From the NCBI RefSeq assembly GCF_044647545.1, contig NZ_CP172818.1: a DNA stretch of 64,000 nucleotides; one strand, 5' to 3'. Shown in pieces: positions 37,384 through 47,577 of this stretch (its first letter is position 1; each line of letters opens with the position of its first letter). Below the pieces are notes generated by a model, which was given only the letters and a program-made list of their open reading frames with translations, searched no databases and was not told where the DNA came from. This DNA is from Escherichia coli (lineage in GTDB: Bacteria; Pseudomonadota; Gammaproteobacteria; Enterobacterales; Enterobacteriaceae). The translations under genes and the position numbers were made by a program.

Positions 37384-39492
37384 TTGTATCTGTTTGAAAG
37401 CCTGAATCAGCTGATTCAAAACTACCTGCCGGAAGACCAAATCAAGCGTCTGCGGCAGGCGTATCTCGTTGCACGTGATGCTCACGAGGGGCAAACACGT
37501 TCAAGCGGTGAACCCTATATCACGCACCCGGTGGCGGTTGCCTGCATTCTGGCCGAGATGAAACTCGACTATGAAACGCTGATGGCGGCGCTGCTGCATG
37601 ATGTGATTGAAGATACACCCGCCACCTACCAGGACATGGAACAGCTTTTTGGTAAAAGCGTCGCCGAGCTGGTAGAGGGGGTGTCGAAACTTGATAAGCT
37701 CAAGTTCCGCGATAAGAAAGAGGCGCAGGCCGAAAACTTTCGCAAGATGATTATGGCGATGGTGCAGGATATCCGCGTCATTCTCATCAAACTTGCCGAC
37801 CGTACCCACAACATGCGCACGCTGGGCTCACTTCGCCCGGACAAACGTCGCCGCATCGCCCGTGAAACCCTCGAAATTTACAGCCCGCTGGCACACCGTT
37901 TAGGTATCCACCACATTAAAACCGAACTCGAAGAGCTGGGTTTTGAGGCGCTGTATCCCAACCGTTATCGCGTAATCAAAGAAGTGGTGAAAGCCGCGCG
38001 CGGCAACCGTAAAGAGATGATCCAGAAGATTCTTTCTGAAATCGAAGGGCGTTTGCAGGAAGCGGGAATACCGTGCCGCGTCAGTGGTCGCGAGAAGCAT
38101 CTTTATTCGATTTACTGCAAAATGGTGCTCAAAGAGCAGCGTTTTCACTCAATCATGGACATCTACGCCTTCCGCGTGATCGTCAATGATTCCGACACCT
38201 GTTATCGCGTGCTCGGGCAAATGCATAGCCTGTACAAGCCGCGTCCGGGTCGCGTAAAAGATTACATCGCCATTCCAAAAGCGAACGGCTATCAGTCTTT
38301 GCACACCTCGATGATTGGCCCGCACGGCGTGCCGGTTGAGGTCCAGATCCGTACCGAAGATATGGATCAGATGGCAGAGATGGGTGTTGCCGCGCACTGG
38401 GCTTATAAAGAGCACGGCGAAACCAGTACTACCGCACAAATCCGCGCCCAGCGCTGGATGCAAAGCCTGCTGGAGCTGCAACAGAGCGCCGGTAGTTCGT
38501 TTGAATTTATCGAGAGCGTTAAATCCGATCTCTTCCCCGATGAGATTTACGTTTTCACACCGGAAGGGCGCATTGTAGAGCTGCCTGCCGGTGCAACGCC
38601 CGTCGACTTCGCTTATGCGGTGCATACCGATATCGGCCATGCCTGCGTGGGCGCGCGTGTCGACCGTCAGCCTTACCCGCTGTCGCAGCCGCTGACCAGC
38701 GGTCAAACCGTTGAAATCATTACCGCACCGGGCGCTCGCCCGAATGCCGCGTGGCTGAACTTTGTCGTCAGCTCGAAAGCGCGCGCCAAAATTCGTCAGT
38801 TGCTGAAAAACCTCAAGCGTGATGATTCTGTTAGTCTGGGCCGTCGTCTGCTCAACCATGCGTTGGGTGGCAGCCGCAAGCTCAATGAAATCCCGCAGGA
38901 AAATATTCAGCGCGAGCTGGACCGCATGAAGCTGGCAACGCTTGACGATCTGCTGGCTGAAATCGGCCTTGGTAACGCTATGAGCGTGGTGGTCGCGAAA
39001 AATCTGCAACATGGGGACGCCTCCATTCCACCGGCAACCCAAAGTCACGGACATCTGCCCATTAAAGGTGCCGATGGCGTGCTGATCACCTTTGCGAAAT
39101 GCTGCCGCCCTATTCCTGGCGACCCGATTATCGCCCACGTCAGCCCCGGTAAAGGTCTGGTGATCCACCATGAATCCTGCCGTAACATCCGTGGCTACCA
39201 GAAAGAGCCAGAGAAGTTTATGGCTGTGGAATGGGATAAAGAGACGGCGCAGGAGTTCATCACCGAAATCAAGGTGGAGATGTTCAATCATCAGGGCGCG
39301 CTGGCAAACCTGACAGCGGCAATTAACACCACCACCTCGAATATTCAAAGTTTGAATACGGAAGAGAAAGATGGTCGCGTCTACAGCGCCTTTATTCGTC
39401 TGACCGCCCGTGACCGTGTGCATCTGGCGAATATCATGCGCAAAATCCGCGTGATGCCAGACGTGATTAAAGTCACCCGAAACCGAAATTAA
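37384..39492 (+). CDS. spoT: Bifunctional (p)ppGpp synthetase II / pyrophosphohydrolase
   Basis: 702 aa ORF with HD hydrolase domain (HD motif), synthetase domain, TGS and ACT regions; rpoZ-spoT-trmH-recG operon order. Confidence 0.95.
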   Translation: MYLFESLNQLIQNYLPEDQIKRLRQAYLVARDAHEGQTRSSGEPYITHPVAVACILAEMKLDYETLMAALLHDVIEDTPATYQDMEQLFGKSVAELVEGVSKLDKLKFRDKKEAQAENFRKMIMAMVQDIRVILIKLADRTHNMRTLGSLRPDKRRRIARETLEIYSPLAHRLGIHHIKTELEELGFEALYPNRYRVIKEVVKAARGNRKEMIQKILSEIEGRLQEAGIPCRVSGREKHLYSIYCKMVLKEQRFHSIMDIYAFRVIVNDSDTCYRVLGQMHSLYKPRPGRVKDYIAIPKANGYQSLHTSMIGPHGVPVEVQIRTEDMDQMAEMGVAAHWAYKEHGETSTTAQIRAQRWMQSLLELQQSAGSSFEFIESVKSDLFPDEIYVFTPEGRIVELPAGATPVDFAYAVHTDIGHACVGARVDRQPYPLSQPLTSGQTVEIITAPGARPNAAWLNFVVSSKARAKIRQLLKNLKRDDSVSLGRRLLNHALGGSRKLNEIPQENIQRELDRMKLATLDDLLAEIGLGNAMSVVVAKNLQHGDASIPPATQSHGHLPIKGADGVLITFAKCCRPIPGDPIIAHVSPGKGLVIHHESCRNIRGYQKEPEKFMAVEWDKETAQEFITEIKVEMFNHQGALANLTAAINTTTSNIQSLNTEEKDGRVYSAFIRLTARDRVHLANIMRKIRVMPDVIKVTRNRN

Positions 39493-39498
39493 TGTTTT

Positions 39499-40188
39499 AT
39501 GAACCCAACACGTTATGCACGTATCTGCGAAATGCTCGCCAGGCGGCAGCCTGATCTGACCGTCTGCATGGAGCAGGTCCACAAACCTCATAACGTTTCT
39601 GCGATTATTCGTACCGCAGATGCCGTTGGTGTACATGAAGTTCATGCTGTCTGGCCTGGCAGTCGGATGCGCACCATGGCTTCGGCAGCTGCGGGTAGTA
39701 ACAGCTGGGTACAGGTGAAAACGCACCGCACCATTGGCGATGCCGTCGCTCATCTGAAAGGCCAGGGCATGCAGATTCTGGCAACCCATCTTTCTGATAA
39801 CGCTGTCGATTTCCGCGAAATTGATTACACTCGCCCGACCTGTATTTTGATGGGACAGGAGAAAACAGGCATCACGCAGGAAGCGTTGGCCCTGGCGGAT
39901 CGGGACATCATCATTCCGATGATTGGCATGGTGCAATCGCTGAATGTTTCCGTTGCCTCAGCCCTCATTCTTTACGAAGCCCAGCGCCAGCGGCAAAATG
40001 CGGGCATGTACCTGCGTGAAAACAGCATGTTGCCGGAAGCAGAGCAACAACGCCTGTTGTTTGAAGGCGGCTATCCGGTGCTGGCGAAAGTCGCAAAACG
40101 CAAAGGCCTGCCTTACCCCCACGTCAATCAGCAGGGCGAAATTGAAGCTGATGCCGACTGGTGGGCTACCATGCAGGCTGCAGGATAA
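39499..40188 (+). CDS. trmH: tRNA (Gm18) 2'-O-methyltransferase
   Basis: 229 aa SpoU-family ORF; synteny. Confidence 0.93.
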   Translation: MNPTRYARICEMLARRQPDLTVCMEQVHKPHNVSAIIRTADAVGVHEVHAVWPGSRMRTMASAAAGSNSWVQVKTHRTIGDAVAHLKGQGMQILATHLSDNAVDFREIDYTRPTCILMGQEKTGITQEALALADRDIIIPMIGMVQSLNVSVASALILYEAQRQRQNAGMYLRENSMLPEAEQQRLLFEGGYPVLAKVAKRKGLPYPHVNQQGEIEADADWWATMQAAG

Positions 40189-40193
40189 GTGCC

Positions 40194-42275
40194 ATGAAAG
40201 GTCGCCTGTTAGATGCTGTCCCGCTCAGTTCCCTAACGGGCGTTGGCGCAGCGCTTAGTAACAAGCTGGCGAAAATCAACCTGCATACCGTGCAGGATCT
40301 ACTCTTACACCTTCCCCTGCGCTACGAAGATCGCACCCATCTCTACCCCATCGGAGAACTACTACCGGGCGTTTATGCCACGGTGGAAGGCGAAGTGCTG
40401 AACTGCAATATCTCCTTCGGCGGTCGGCGGATGATGACCTGCCAGATCAGCGACGGTTCCGGCATTCTCACCATGCGCTTTTTCAACTTCAACGCGGCAA
40501 TGAAAAATAGCCTGGCGACGGGCCGCCGCGTGCTGGCCTATGGAGAAGCAAAGCGCGGTAAATATGGCGCGGAGATGATCCACCCGGAATACCGCGTGCA
40601 GGGCGATCTCAGTACGCCAGAGTTGCAGGAAACGCTTACGCCGGTTTATCCAACAACCGAAGGCGTAAAGCAGGCCACGCTGCGTAAATTAACCGACCAG
40701 GCGCTTGATCTGCTCGACACCTGCGCCATTGAAGAACTCCTGCCGCCGGAACTGTCACAAGGAATGATGACGCTACCGGAAGCGTTGCGCACTTTGCACC
40801 GCCCGCCGCCGACGCTACAGCTTAGCGATCTGGACACCGGCCAGCATCCGGCACAACGCCGTCTGATTCTGGAAGAACTGCTGGCGCACAACCTCAGCAT
40901 GTTAGCCTTACGTGCCGGAGCACAGCGTTTTCATGCCCAGCCACTGAGCGCCAATGACGCGCTGAAAAATAAACTCCTCGCCGCCTTACCGTTCAAGCCA
41001 ACGGGCGCACAGGCACGCGTAGCGGCGGAGATCGAGCGCGATATGGCGCTGGATGTGCCGATGATGCGCCTGGTACAGGGCGATGTAGGTTCCGGTAAAA
41101 CGCTGGTCGCCGCCCTCGCCGCGCTGCGTGCGATTGCCCACGGCAAACAGGTGGCATTGATGGCACCAACCGAATTACTCGCCGAACAGCACGCCAATAA
41201 CTTCCGTAACTGGTTTGCACCGCTCGGTATCGAAGTGGGCTGGCTCGCCGGTAGGCAGAAAGGTAAAGCGCGGCTGGCACAGCAGGAAGCCATCGCCAGC
41301 GGTCAGGTGCAGATGATTGTCGGAACACACGCCATCTTCCAGGAACAGGTGCAGTTTAACGGTCTGGCGCTGGTGATTATCGACGAACAGCATCGTTTTG
41401 GCGTGCATCAGCGTCTGGCGTTATGGGAGAAAGGCCAGCAGCAGGGCTTCCATCCGCATCAGTTGATCATGACCGCCACGCCCATCCCCCGCACGCTGGC
41501 GATGACTGCGTATGCTGATCTCGATACCTCGGTGATAGATGAGCTGCCGCCAGGCCGCACGCCAGTGACTACGGTCGCTATTCCTGATACCCGCCGTACC
41601 GACATTATTGACCGCGTGCGCCACGCCTGCATAACTGAAGGTCGTCAGGCATACTGGGTTTGTACGTTGATTGAAGAGTCGGAATTGCTGGAAGCGCAGG
41701 CGGCGGAAGCAACCTGGGAAGAGTTGAAACTGGCGTTGCCGGAACTGAACGTCGGCCTGGTACACGGGCGGATGAAACCTGCCGATAAACAGGCGGTGAT
41801 GGCGTCGTTTAAACAAGGTGAACTACACCTGCTGGTTGCCACTACCGTTATTGAAGTCGGTGTTGATGTGCCTAACGCCAGTCTGATGATTATCGAAAAC
41901 CCTGAGCGTCTGGGTCTGGCGCAGTTACACCAGCTTCGCGGGCGTGTAGGTCGTGGTGCGGTGGCTTCTCACTGCGTGCTGCTCTACAAAACGCCGCTCT
42001 CCAAAACCGCGCAAATTCGGCTGCAAGTGCTGCGCGACAGCAACGACGGTTTTGTGATTGCACAGAAAGACTTAGAGATTCGCGGCCCTGGCGAATTGTT
42101 AGGTACGCGTCAGACGGGTAATGCTGAATTTAAAGTGGCGGATTTACTGCGCGATCAGGCGATGATCCCGGAAGTTCAGCGCCTGGCGCGACATATTCAC
42201 GAACGTTACCCACAACAGGCAAAAGCCCTGATAGAACGCTGGATGCCGGAGACGGAACGTTACTCGAATGCGTAA
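40194..42275 (+). CDS. recG: ATP-dependent DNA helicase RecG
   Basis: Trimmed to MKGRLLDAVPLSSLTGVG start giving 693 aa; Walker A GDVGSGKT, DEQH box. Confidence 0.95.
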   Translation: MKGRLLDAVPLSSLTGVGAALSNKLAKINLHTVQDLLLHLPLRYEDRTHLYPIGELLPGVYATVEGEVLNCNISFGGRRMMTCQISDGSGILTMRFFNFNAAMKNSLATGRRVLAYGEAKRGKYGAEMIHPEYRVQGDLSTPELQETLTPVYPTTEGVKQATLRKLTDQALDLLDTCAIEELLPPELSQGMMTLPEALRTLHRPPPTLQLSDLDTGQHPAQRRLILEELLAHNLSMLALRAGAQRFHAQPLSANDALKNKLLAALPFKPTGAQARVAAEIERDMALDVPMMRLVQGDVGSGKTLVAALAALRAIAHGKQVALMAPTELLAEQHANNFRNWFAPLGIEVGWLAGRQKGKARLAQQEAIASGQVQMIVGTHAIFQEQVQFNGLALVIIDEQHRFGVHQRLALWEKGQQQGFHPHQLIMTATPIPRTLAMTAYADLDTSVIDELPPGRTPVTTVAIPDTRRTDIIDRVRHACITEGRQAYWVCTLIEESELLEAQAAEATWEELKLALPELNVGLVHGRMKPADKQAVMASFKQGELHLLVATTVIEVGVDVPNASLMIIENPERLGLAQLHQLRGRVGRGAVASHCVLLYKTPLSKTAQIRLQVLRDSNDGFVIAQKDLEIRGPGELLGTRQTGNAEFKVADLLRDQAMIPEVQRLARHIHERYPQQAKALIERWMPETERYSNA

Positions 42276-42304
42276 AAGGCGGCGGTGAGAAGACCGCCGC
42301 TTCA
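42274..42304. terminator. Hairpin between convergent recG and gltS (putative bidirectional terminator)
   Basis: ggcggcggt...accgccgc stem flanked by A4 on one side and T-rich sequence on the other. Confidence 0.4.
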
Positions 42305-42308
42305 TCGG

Positions 42309-43514
42309 TTAACCGGCAAAAATCGGCAACATCAAATACAGCTTAATCACCAGCGCATTGACGATATCGATAAAGAACGCACCGACCATCGGCACGACCA
42401 GGAACGCCATGTGCGACGGGCCAAAGCGTTCAGTGATCGCCTGCATGTTAGCGATTGCCGTTGGTGTCGCGCCAAGGCCAAAGCCACAGTGACCCGCAGC
42501 CAGCACTGCCGCATCGTAGTTTTTGCCCATCATGCGCCAGGTAACGAAGATGGCATACAACGCCATGAAGATGGTCTGTACCACCAGAATCGCCAGCATC
42601 GGCAGCGCCAGCGAAGCCAGCTCCCACAGTTTCAGCCCCATCAGCGCCATCGCCAGGAACAACGACAGGCTTACGTTACCCAGCACGGATACCGCTCGCT
42701 CAAAGACGCGGTAAAAGCCCATCATTGACAGACCGTTGCTCAGAATCACGCCAACAAATAGTACACAGACGAAGGTCGGTAGTTCAAAAGCAGTACCAGC
42801 CAAAAGTTGCGCAACAATTTTCCCCACCGTCAGGCAGATAGCAATCAGCGCGATAGTTTCAATCAGCACCAGCGAGGTGATCATGCGGCCCACATCCGGC
42901 TTTTCGAACGCAGTCGGAACTTCCTGGTCATCCGGAATACCGTTCGGTGTGGTGGAGTGTTTCACCAGATAGCGCGCCACCGGACCGCCAATCAAGCCGC
43001 CCAGCACCAAACCGAACGTTGCACAGGCCATCGCCACTTCTGTCGCATTGGTGAAGCCATAACGTTCAATGAACAATTTACTCCATGCAGCTCCCGTACC
43101 GTGACCGCCGGAAAGCGTAATAGAACCGGCCAACAGCCCCATCAGCGGATCAAGCCCTAACAGGCTAGCCATACCAATGCCAATGGCATTTTGCATCACC
43201 AACAGGCCAACAACCACAATCAAGAAGATGCCAACCACACGCCCACCGGCACGCAAACTGGCAATGTTGGCGTTCAGGCCAATGGTGGCGAAGAAAGCCA
43301 GCATCAACGGATCGCGCAGGGACATATCAAAGTTGACTTCCCAGCCCATGCTTTTTTTCAGTATCAGCAGCGCCAGCGCCACTAATAAACCACCCGCAAC
43401 AGGTTCCGGTATGGTGTATTTCTTCAAAAAGGAGACGGAATGGACCAACTTGCGCCCGAGCAGCAACGTCAGCGTTGCGGCAACAAGCGTTGCTAAAGTA
43501 TCGAGATGAAACAT
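42309..43514 (-). CDS. gltS: Sodium/glutamate symporter
   Basis: 401 aa polytopic membrane ORF; synteny. Confidence 0.93.
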   Translation of the reverse strand: MFHLDTLATLVAATLTLLLGRKLVHSVSFLKKYTIPEPVAGGLLVALALLILKKSMGWEVNFDMSLRDPLMLAFFATIGLNANIASLRAGGRVVGIFLIVVVGLLVMQNAIGIGMASLLGLDPLMGLLAGSITLSGGHGTGAAWSKLFIERYGFTNATEVAMACATFGLVLGGLIGGPVARYLVKHSTTPNGIPDDQEVPTAFEKPDVGRMITSLVLIETIALIAICLTVGKIVAQLLAGTAFELPTFVCVLFVGVILSNGLSMMGFYRVFERAVSVLGNVSLSLFLAMALMGLKLWELASLALPMLAILVVQTIFMALYAIFVTWRMMGKNYDAAVLAAGHCGFGLGATPTAIANMQAITERFGPSHMAFLVVPMVGAFFIDIVNALVIKLYLMLPIFAG

Positions 43515-43793
43515 AGTTACTCCTTTGTGTCCGCATCACTCTTTCATACTCGTCATACTTCATCGCGCATTTGCAGTAAGGCGAAATATGACGAGTATCG
43601 AGTCATGCTTTCCTGGTTCGAATTCTTCGCTGAAAATAGAAAAATGGCATGGATTTTAAGCAGAAAACAACTAAAAGTTATATAAAAAAGTACATTTATC
43701 TCATTTAAATATTTAGATGAGGATGTGGCAAACGTTTGCTTTTCTCTTTCGGTCAGCTAAAATGCCCGCTTTGCTACCACGGGATTGTTTTCG

Positions 43794-45185
43794 ATGTCTG
43801 TTTCCACCCTCGAGTCAGAAAATGCGCAACCGGTTGCGCAGACTCAAAACAGCGAACTGATTTACCGTCTTGAAGATCGTCCGCCGCTTCCTCAAACCCT
43901 GTTTGCCGCCTGTCAGCATTTGCTGGCGATGTTCGTTGCGGTGATCACGCCAGCGCTATTAATCTGCCAGGCGCTGGGTTTACCGGCACAAGACACGCAA
44001 CACATTATTAGTATGTCGCTGTTTGCCTCCGGTGTGGCATCGATTATTCAAATTAAGGCCTGGGGTCCGGTTGGCTCCGGGTTGTTGTCTATTCAGGGCA
44101 CCAGCTTCAACTTTGTTGCTCCGCTGATTATGGGCGGCACAGCGCTGAAGACCGGTGGTGCTGATGTTCCTACCATGATGGCAGCTTTGTTCGGCACGTT
44201 GATGCTGGCAAGTTGTACCGAGATGGTGATCTCCCGCGTTCTGCATCTGGCGCGCCGCATTATTACGCCGCTGGTTTCTGGCGTTGTGGTGATGATTATC
44301 GGCCTGTCGCTAATTCAGGTTGGGCTGACCTCCATTGGCGGCGGTTACGCAGCCATGAGCGATAACACCTTCGGCGCACCGAAAAATCTGCTGCTGGCAG
44401 GCGTGGTCTTAGCCTTAATTATCCTGCTTAACCGTCAACGTAACCCTTACTTACGCGTGGCCTCACTGGTGATTGCGATGGCGGCCGGATATGCGCTGGC
44501 GTGGTTTATGGGCATGTTGCCAGAAAGCAACGAACCGATGACACAAGAACTGATTATGGTGCCAACGCCGCTCTATTACGGTCTTGGCATTGAATGGAGT
44601 CTGCTGCTGCCGCTGATGCTGGTCTTTATGATCACTTCGCTGGAAACCATTGGCGATATCACGGCGACCTCTGACGTTTCCGAACAGCCAGTGTCCGGTC
44701 CGCTGTACATGAAACGCCTGAAAGGCGGCGTACTGGCAAACGGCCTGAACTCGTTTGTCTCGGCGGTATTTAATACCTTCCCGAACTCCTGCTTCGGGCA
44801 GAACAACGGGGTGATCCAGTTAACCGGTGTTGCCAGCCGCTATGTCGGTTTTGTCGTCGCGCTGATGTTGATCGTGCTGGGTCTGTTCCCGGCAGTGAGC
44901 GGTTTTGTACAACACATTCCAGAACCGGTTCTGGGCGGCGCAACGCTTGTAATGTTTGGCACCATCGCCGCCTCCGGTGTGCGTATCGTTTCTCGTGAGC
45001 CGCTGAACCGCCGGGCGATTCTGATTATCGCGCTGTCGCTGGCGGTCGGTCTGGGCGTGTCTCAGCAGCCGCTGATTTTGCAGTTTGCCCCTGAATGGCT
45101 GAAAAACCTACTCTCCTCCGGGATTGCCGCGGGCGGTATTACTGCCATCGTGCTGAATCTGATTTTCCCACCAGAAAAACAGTAA
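43794..45185 (+). CDS. xanP: Xanthine permease (NCS2 family)
   Basis: Trimmed to [12 protein letters not shown] start giving 463 aa; NCS2 transporter. Confidence 0.9.
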
Positions 45186-45305
45186 TTCACTGGCGGCGGT
45201 AAGATAATTACCGCCGCAGTCTCACCTCTTTCACCATTCCCGCCTTGAGGATTGCGCGTAAATCGTGCATAACTCCCTTATGTGCATTTCACGGGATGGA
45301 AGACC

Positions 45306-47006
45306 ATGAAATTTATTGGGAAGCTGCTTCTCTACATTTTCATCGCTCTGTTAGTGGTGATCGCTAGCCTCTATTTTCTTCTGCAAACCCGCTGGGGAGC
45401 AGAACATATCAGCGCATGGGTTTCCGAGAATAGCGACTATCATCTGGCCTTCGGTGCGATGGATCACCGTTTTTCCGCGCCATCTCATATCGTGCTGGAG
45501 AACGTCACGTTTGGCCGTGATGGCCAGCCCGCGACCCTGGTAGCAAAAAGTGTCGACATTGCGCTAAGCAGTCGGCAACTGACCGAACCACGCCATGTCG
45601 ATACCATCCTGCTGGAAAACGGGACGCTGAATCTCACCGACCAGACCGCGCCGCTACCGTTCAAAGCCGATCGTCTGCAACTGCGTGATATGGCGTTTAA
45701 TAGCCCGAATAGCGAATGGAAACTGAGCGCGCAGCGGGTAAATGGCGGCGTGGTTCCGTGGTCACCAGAAGCCGGTAAAGTGCTGGGTACGAAGGCGCAG
45801 ATTCAGTTTAGTGCCGGATCGCTTTCGCTCAATGATGTTCCTGCCACCAATGTACTGATTGAAGGCAGTATTGATAACGATCGCGTTACGCTGACTAACC
45901 TGGGTGCCGACATCGCCCGCGGGACATTAACCGGAAACGCGCAGCGTAACGCCGACGGCAGCTGGCAAGTGGAAAATCTGCGGCTGGCGGATATCCGTCT
46001 ACAAAGCGAAAAATCGCTAACCGACTTCTTTGCGCCATTACGCTCTGTCCCGTCGTTGCAGATTGGTCGCCTGGAAGTCATCGACGCTCGTTTGCAAGGT
46101 CCGGACTGGGCGGTGACCGACCTCGATCTCAGCTTGCGCAACATGACCTTCAGTAAAGATGACTGGCAGACACAGGAAGGTAAACTGTCGATGAACGCCA
46201 GCGAGTTTATTTATGGCTCGCTGCATTTATTTGATCCGATTATAAACGCGGAATTTTCCCCGCAGGGCGTAGCACTGCGCCAGTTCACCAGCCGCTGGGA
46301 AGGGGGCATGGTCAGAACGTCAGGGAACTGGTTGCGTGACGGGAAAATGTTGATCCTTGATGATGCGGCAATTGCCGGACTGGAATATACCTTGCCAAAA
46401 AACTGGCAACAGTTGTGGATGGAAACGACACCCGGTTGGTTAAACAACCTGCAACTGAAGAGATTTAGCGCCAGCCGCAATCTGATCATTGATATCGACC
46501 CTGACTTCCCGTGGCAGCTCACCGCGCTCGATGGTTACGGTGCCAACCTGACGCTGGTTACCGATCATAAATGGGGCGTCTGGAGTGGTTCGGCGAATCT
46601 GAATGCCGCCGCCGCAACGTTTAATCGTGTTGATGTCCGTCGTCCGTCGCTGGCGCTGACCGCCAACAGCAGCACGGTGAATATCAGCGAACTGAGTGCA
46701 TTTACTGAAAAAGGCATTCTGGAAGCCACCGCCAGTGTTTCACAAACGCCACAACGTCAGACCCATATCAGCCTGAATGGACGCGGTGTGCCGGTGAATA
46801 TTTTGCAACAGTGGGGATGGCCTGAATTACCGTTGACTGGCGACGGCAATATTCAGCTTACTGCCAGTGGCGATATTCAGGCCAATGTCCCGCTGAAACC
46901 TACGGTTAGCGGGCAATTGCATGCCGTGAACGCCGCAAAGCAGCAAGTGACTCAAACCATGAATGCGGGCGTAGTTTCCAGTGGTGAAGTTACGTCGACG
47001 GAGTAG
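45306..47006 (+). CDS. yicH: AsmA-family protein YicH
   Basis: ORF 45282..47006 begins with GTG; first ATG is at 45306 (MKFIGKLLLYIFIALLVV, N-terminal TM anchor); start is uncertain. Confidence 0.8.
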   Translation: MKFIGKLLLYIFIALLVVIASLYFLLQTRWGAEHISAWVSENSDYHLAFGAMDHRFSAPSHIVLENVTFGRDGQPATLVAKSVDIALSSRQLTEPRHVDTILLENGTLNLTDQTAPLPFKADRLQLRDMAFNSPNSEWKLSAQRVNGGVVPWSPEAGKVLGTKAQIQFSAGSLSLNDVPATNVLIEGSIDNDRVTLTNLGADIARGTLTGNAQRNADGSWQVENLRLADIRLQSEKSLTDFFAPLRSVPSLQIGRLEVIDARLQGPDWAVTDLDLSLRNMTFSKDDWQTQEGKLSMNASEFIYGSLHLFDPIINAEFSPQGVALRQFTSRWEGGMVRTSGNWLRDGKMLILDDAAIAGLEYTLPKNWQQLWMETTPGWLNNLQLKRFSASRNLIIDIDPDFPWQLTALDGYGANLTLVTDHKWGVWSGSANLNAAAATFNRVDVRRPSLALTANSSTVNISELSAFTEKGILEATASVSQTPQRQTHISLNGRGVPVNILQQWGWPELPLTGDGNIQLTASGDIQANVPLKPTVSGQLHAVNAAKQQVTQTMNAGVVSSGEVTSTE

Positions 47007-47315
47007 GTGCAGTAAACATCAATCTCTTCACATTCTGCTCCCAGCAAATGATCAAGATGCAGCAAATCAGCAATATTCTCCGCGCTTAACATCACACCCG
47101 CGCCAGCACGCTTCTCAACATTTATTCTCCATTGCCCCAGCCATTGCTCAAGTAAACGTAAATCACGTTGAATGGTTTTTTCCGAAACATTTAAATAGCC
47201 GCAATCGTAACAATAGTCGTATATTCCCTTCGAGGTAAAAGGAATCGTAATAATCTGTTTTGTCGCGAGGTAATCATTTGCATTTTTACCCTTATCACAG
47301 ATTAAGAAGCCCTAT
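46953..47315 (-). other. Possible gene remnant: open frame without an ATG start containing a DeoR-like helix-turn-helix motif
   Basis: Minus-strand frame reads ...CGYLNVSEKTIQRDLRLLEQWLG... (47141..47197), resembling the VSxxTIRRDLxxLE motif of DeoR-family regulators; frame overlaps the antisense 3' end of yicH and has no in-frame start that would give an ORF of 60 aa or more. Confidence 0.2.
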
Positions 47316-47577
47316 GAGGAAGAGCTTCAGTTGCCATCTCTGAGGGTAAATATAAAGCAGAATAATTTCACAACAATACTCAAAATATGTCCGTAACCCG
47401 GACAGTGATAAAACAAAGCAAGGCGGTTAAGGGATATTTTTCAGCACAGATCACATTTTCGTGATGAATAATCGTGATCATGCTCGCAAATACGATGGAA
47501 GAAATATTTATTACCAGATGTGAGATTATTTACCGGACACGACACAAAACCATTCGTATCCGGCATTCTTCAATAGA

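Noticed and set aside
38149-39936. 595 aa minus-strand ORF
   Set aside because: Antisense to spoT and trmH; spoT on the plus strand is unambiguous.
42285-42728. 147 aa plus-strand ORF rich in His/Arg/Gln
   Set aside because: Lies antisense within gltS; composition is atypical for a real protein.
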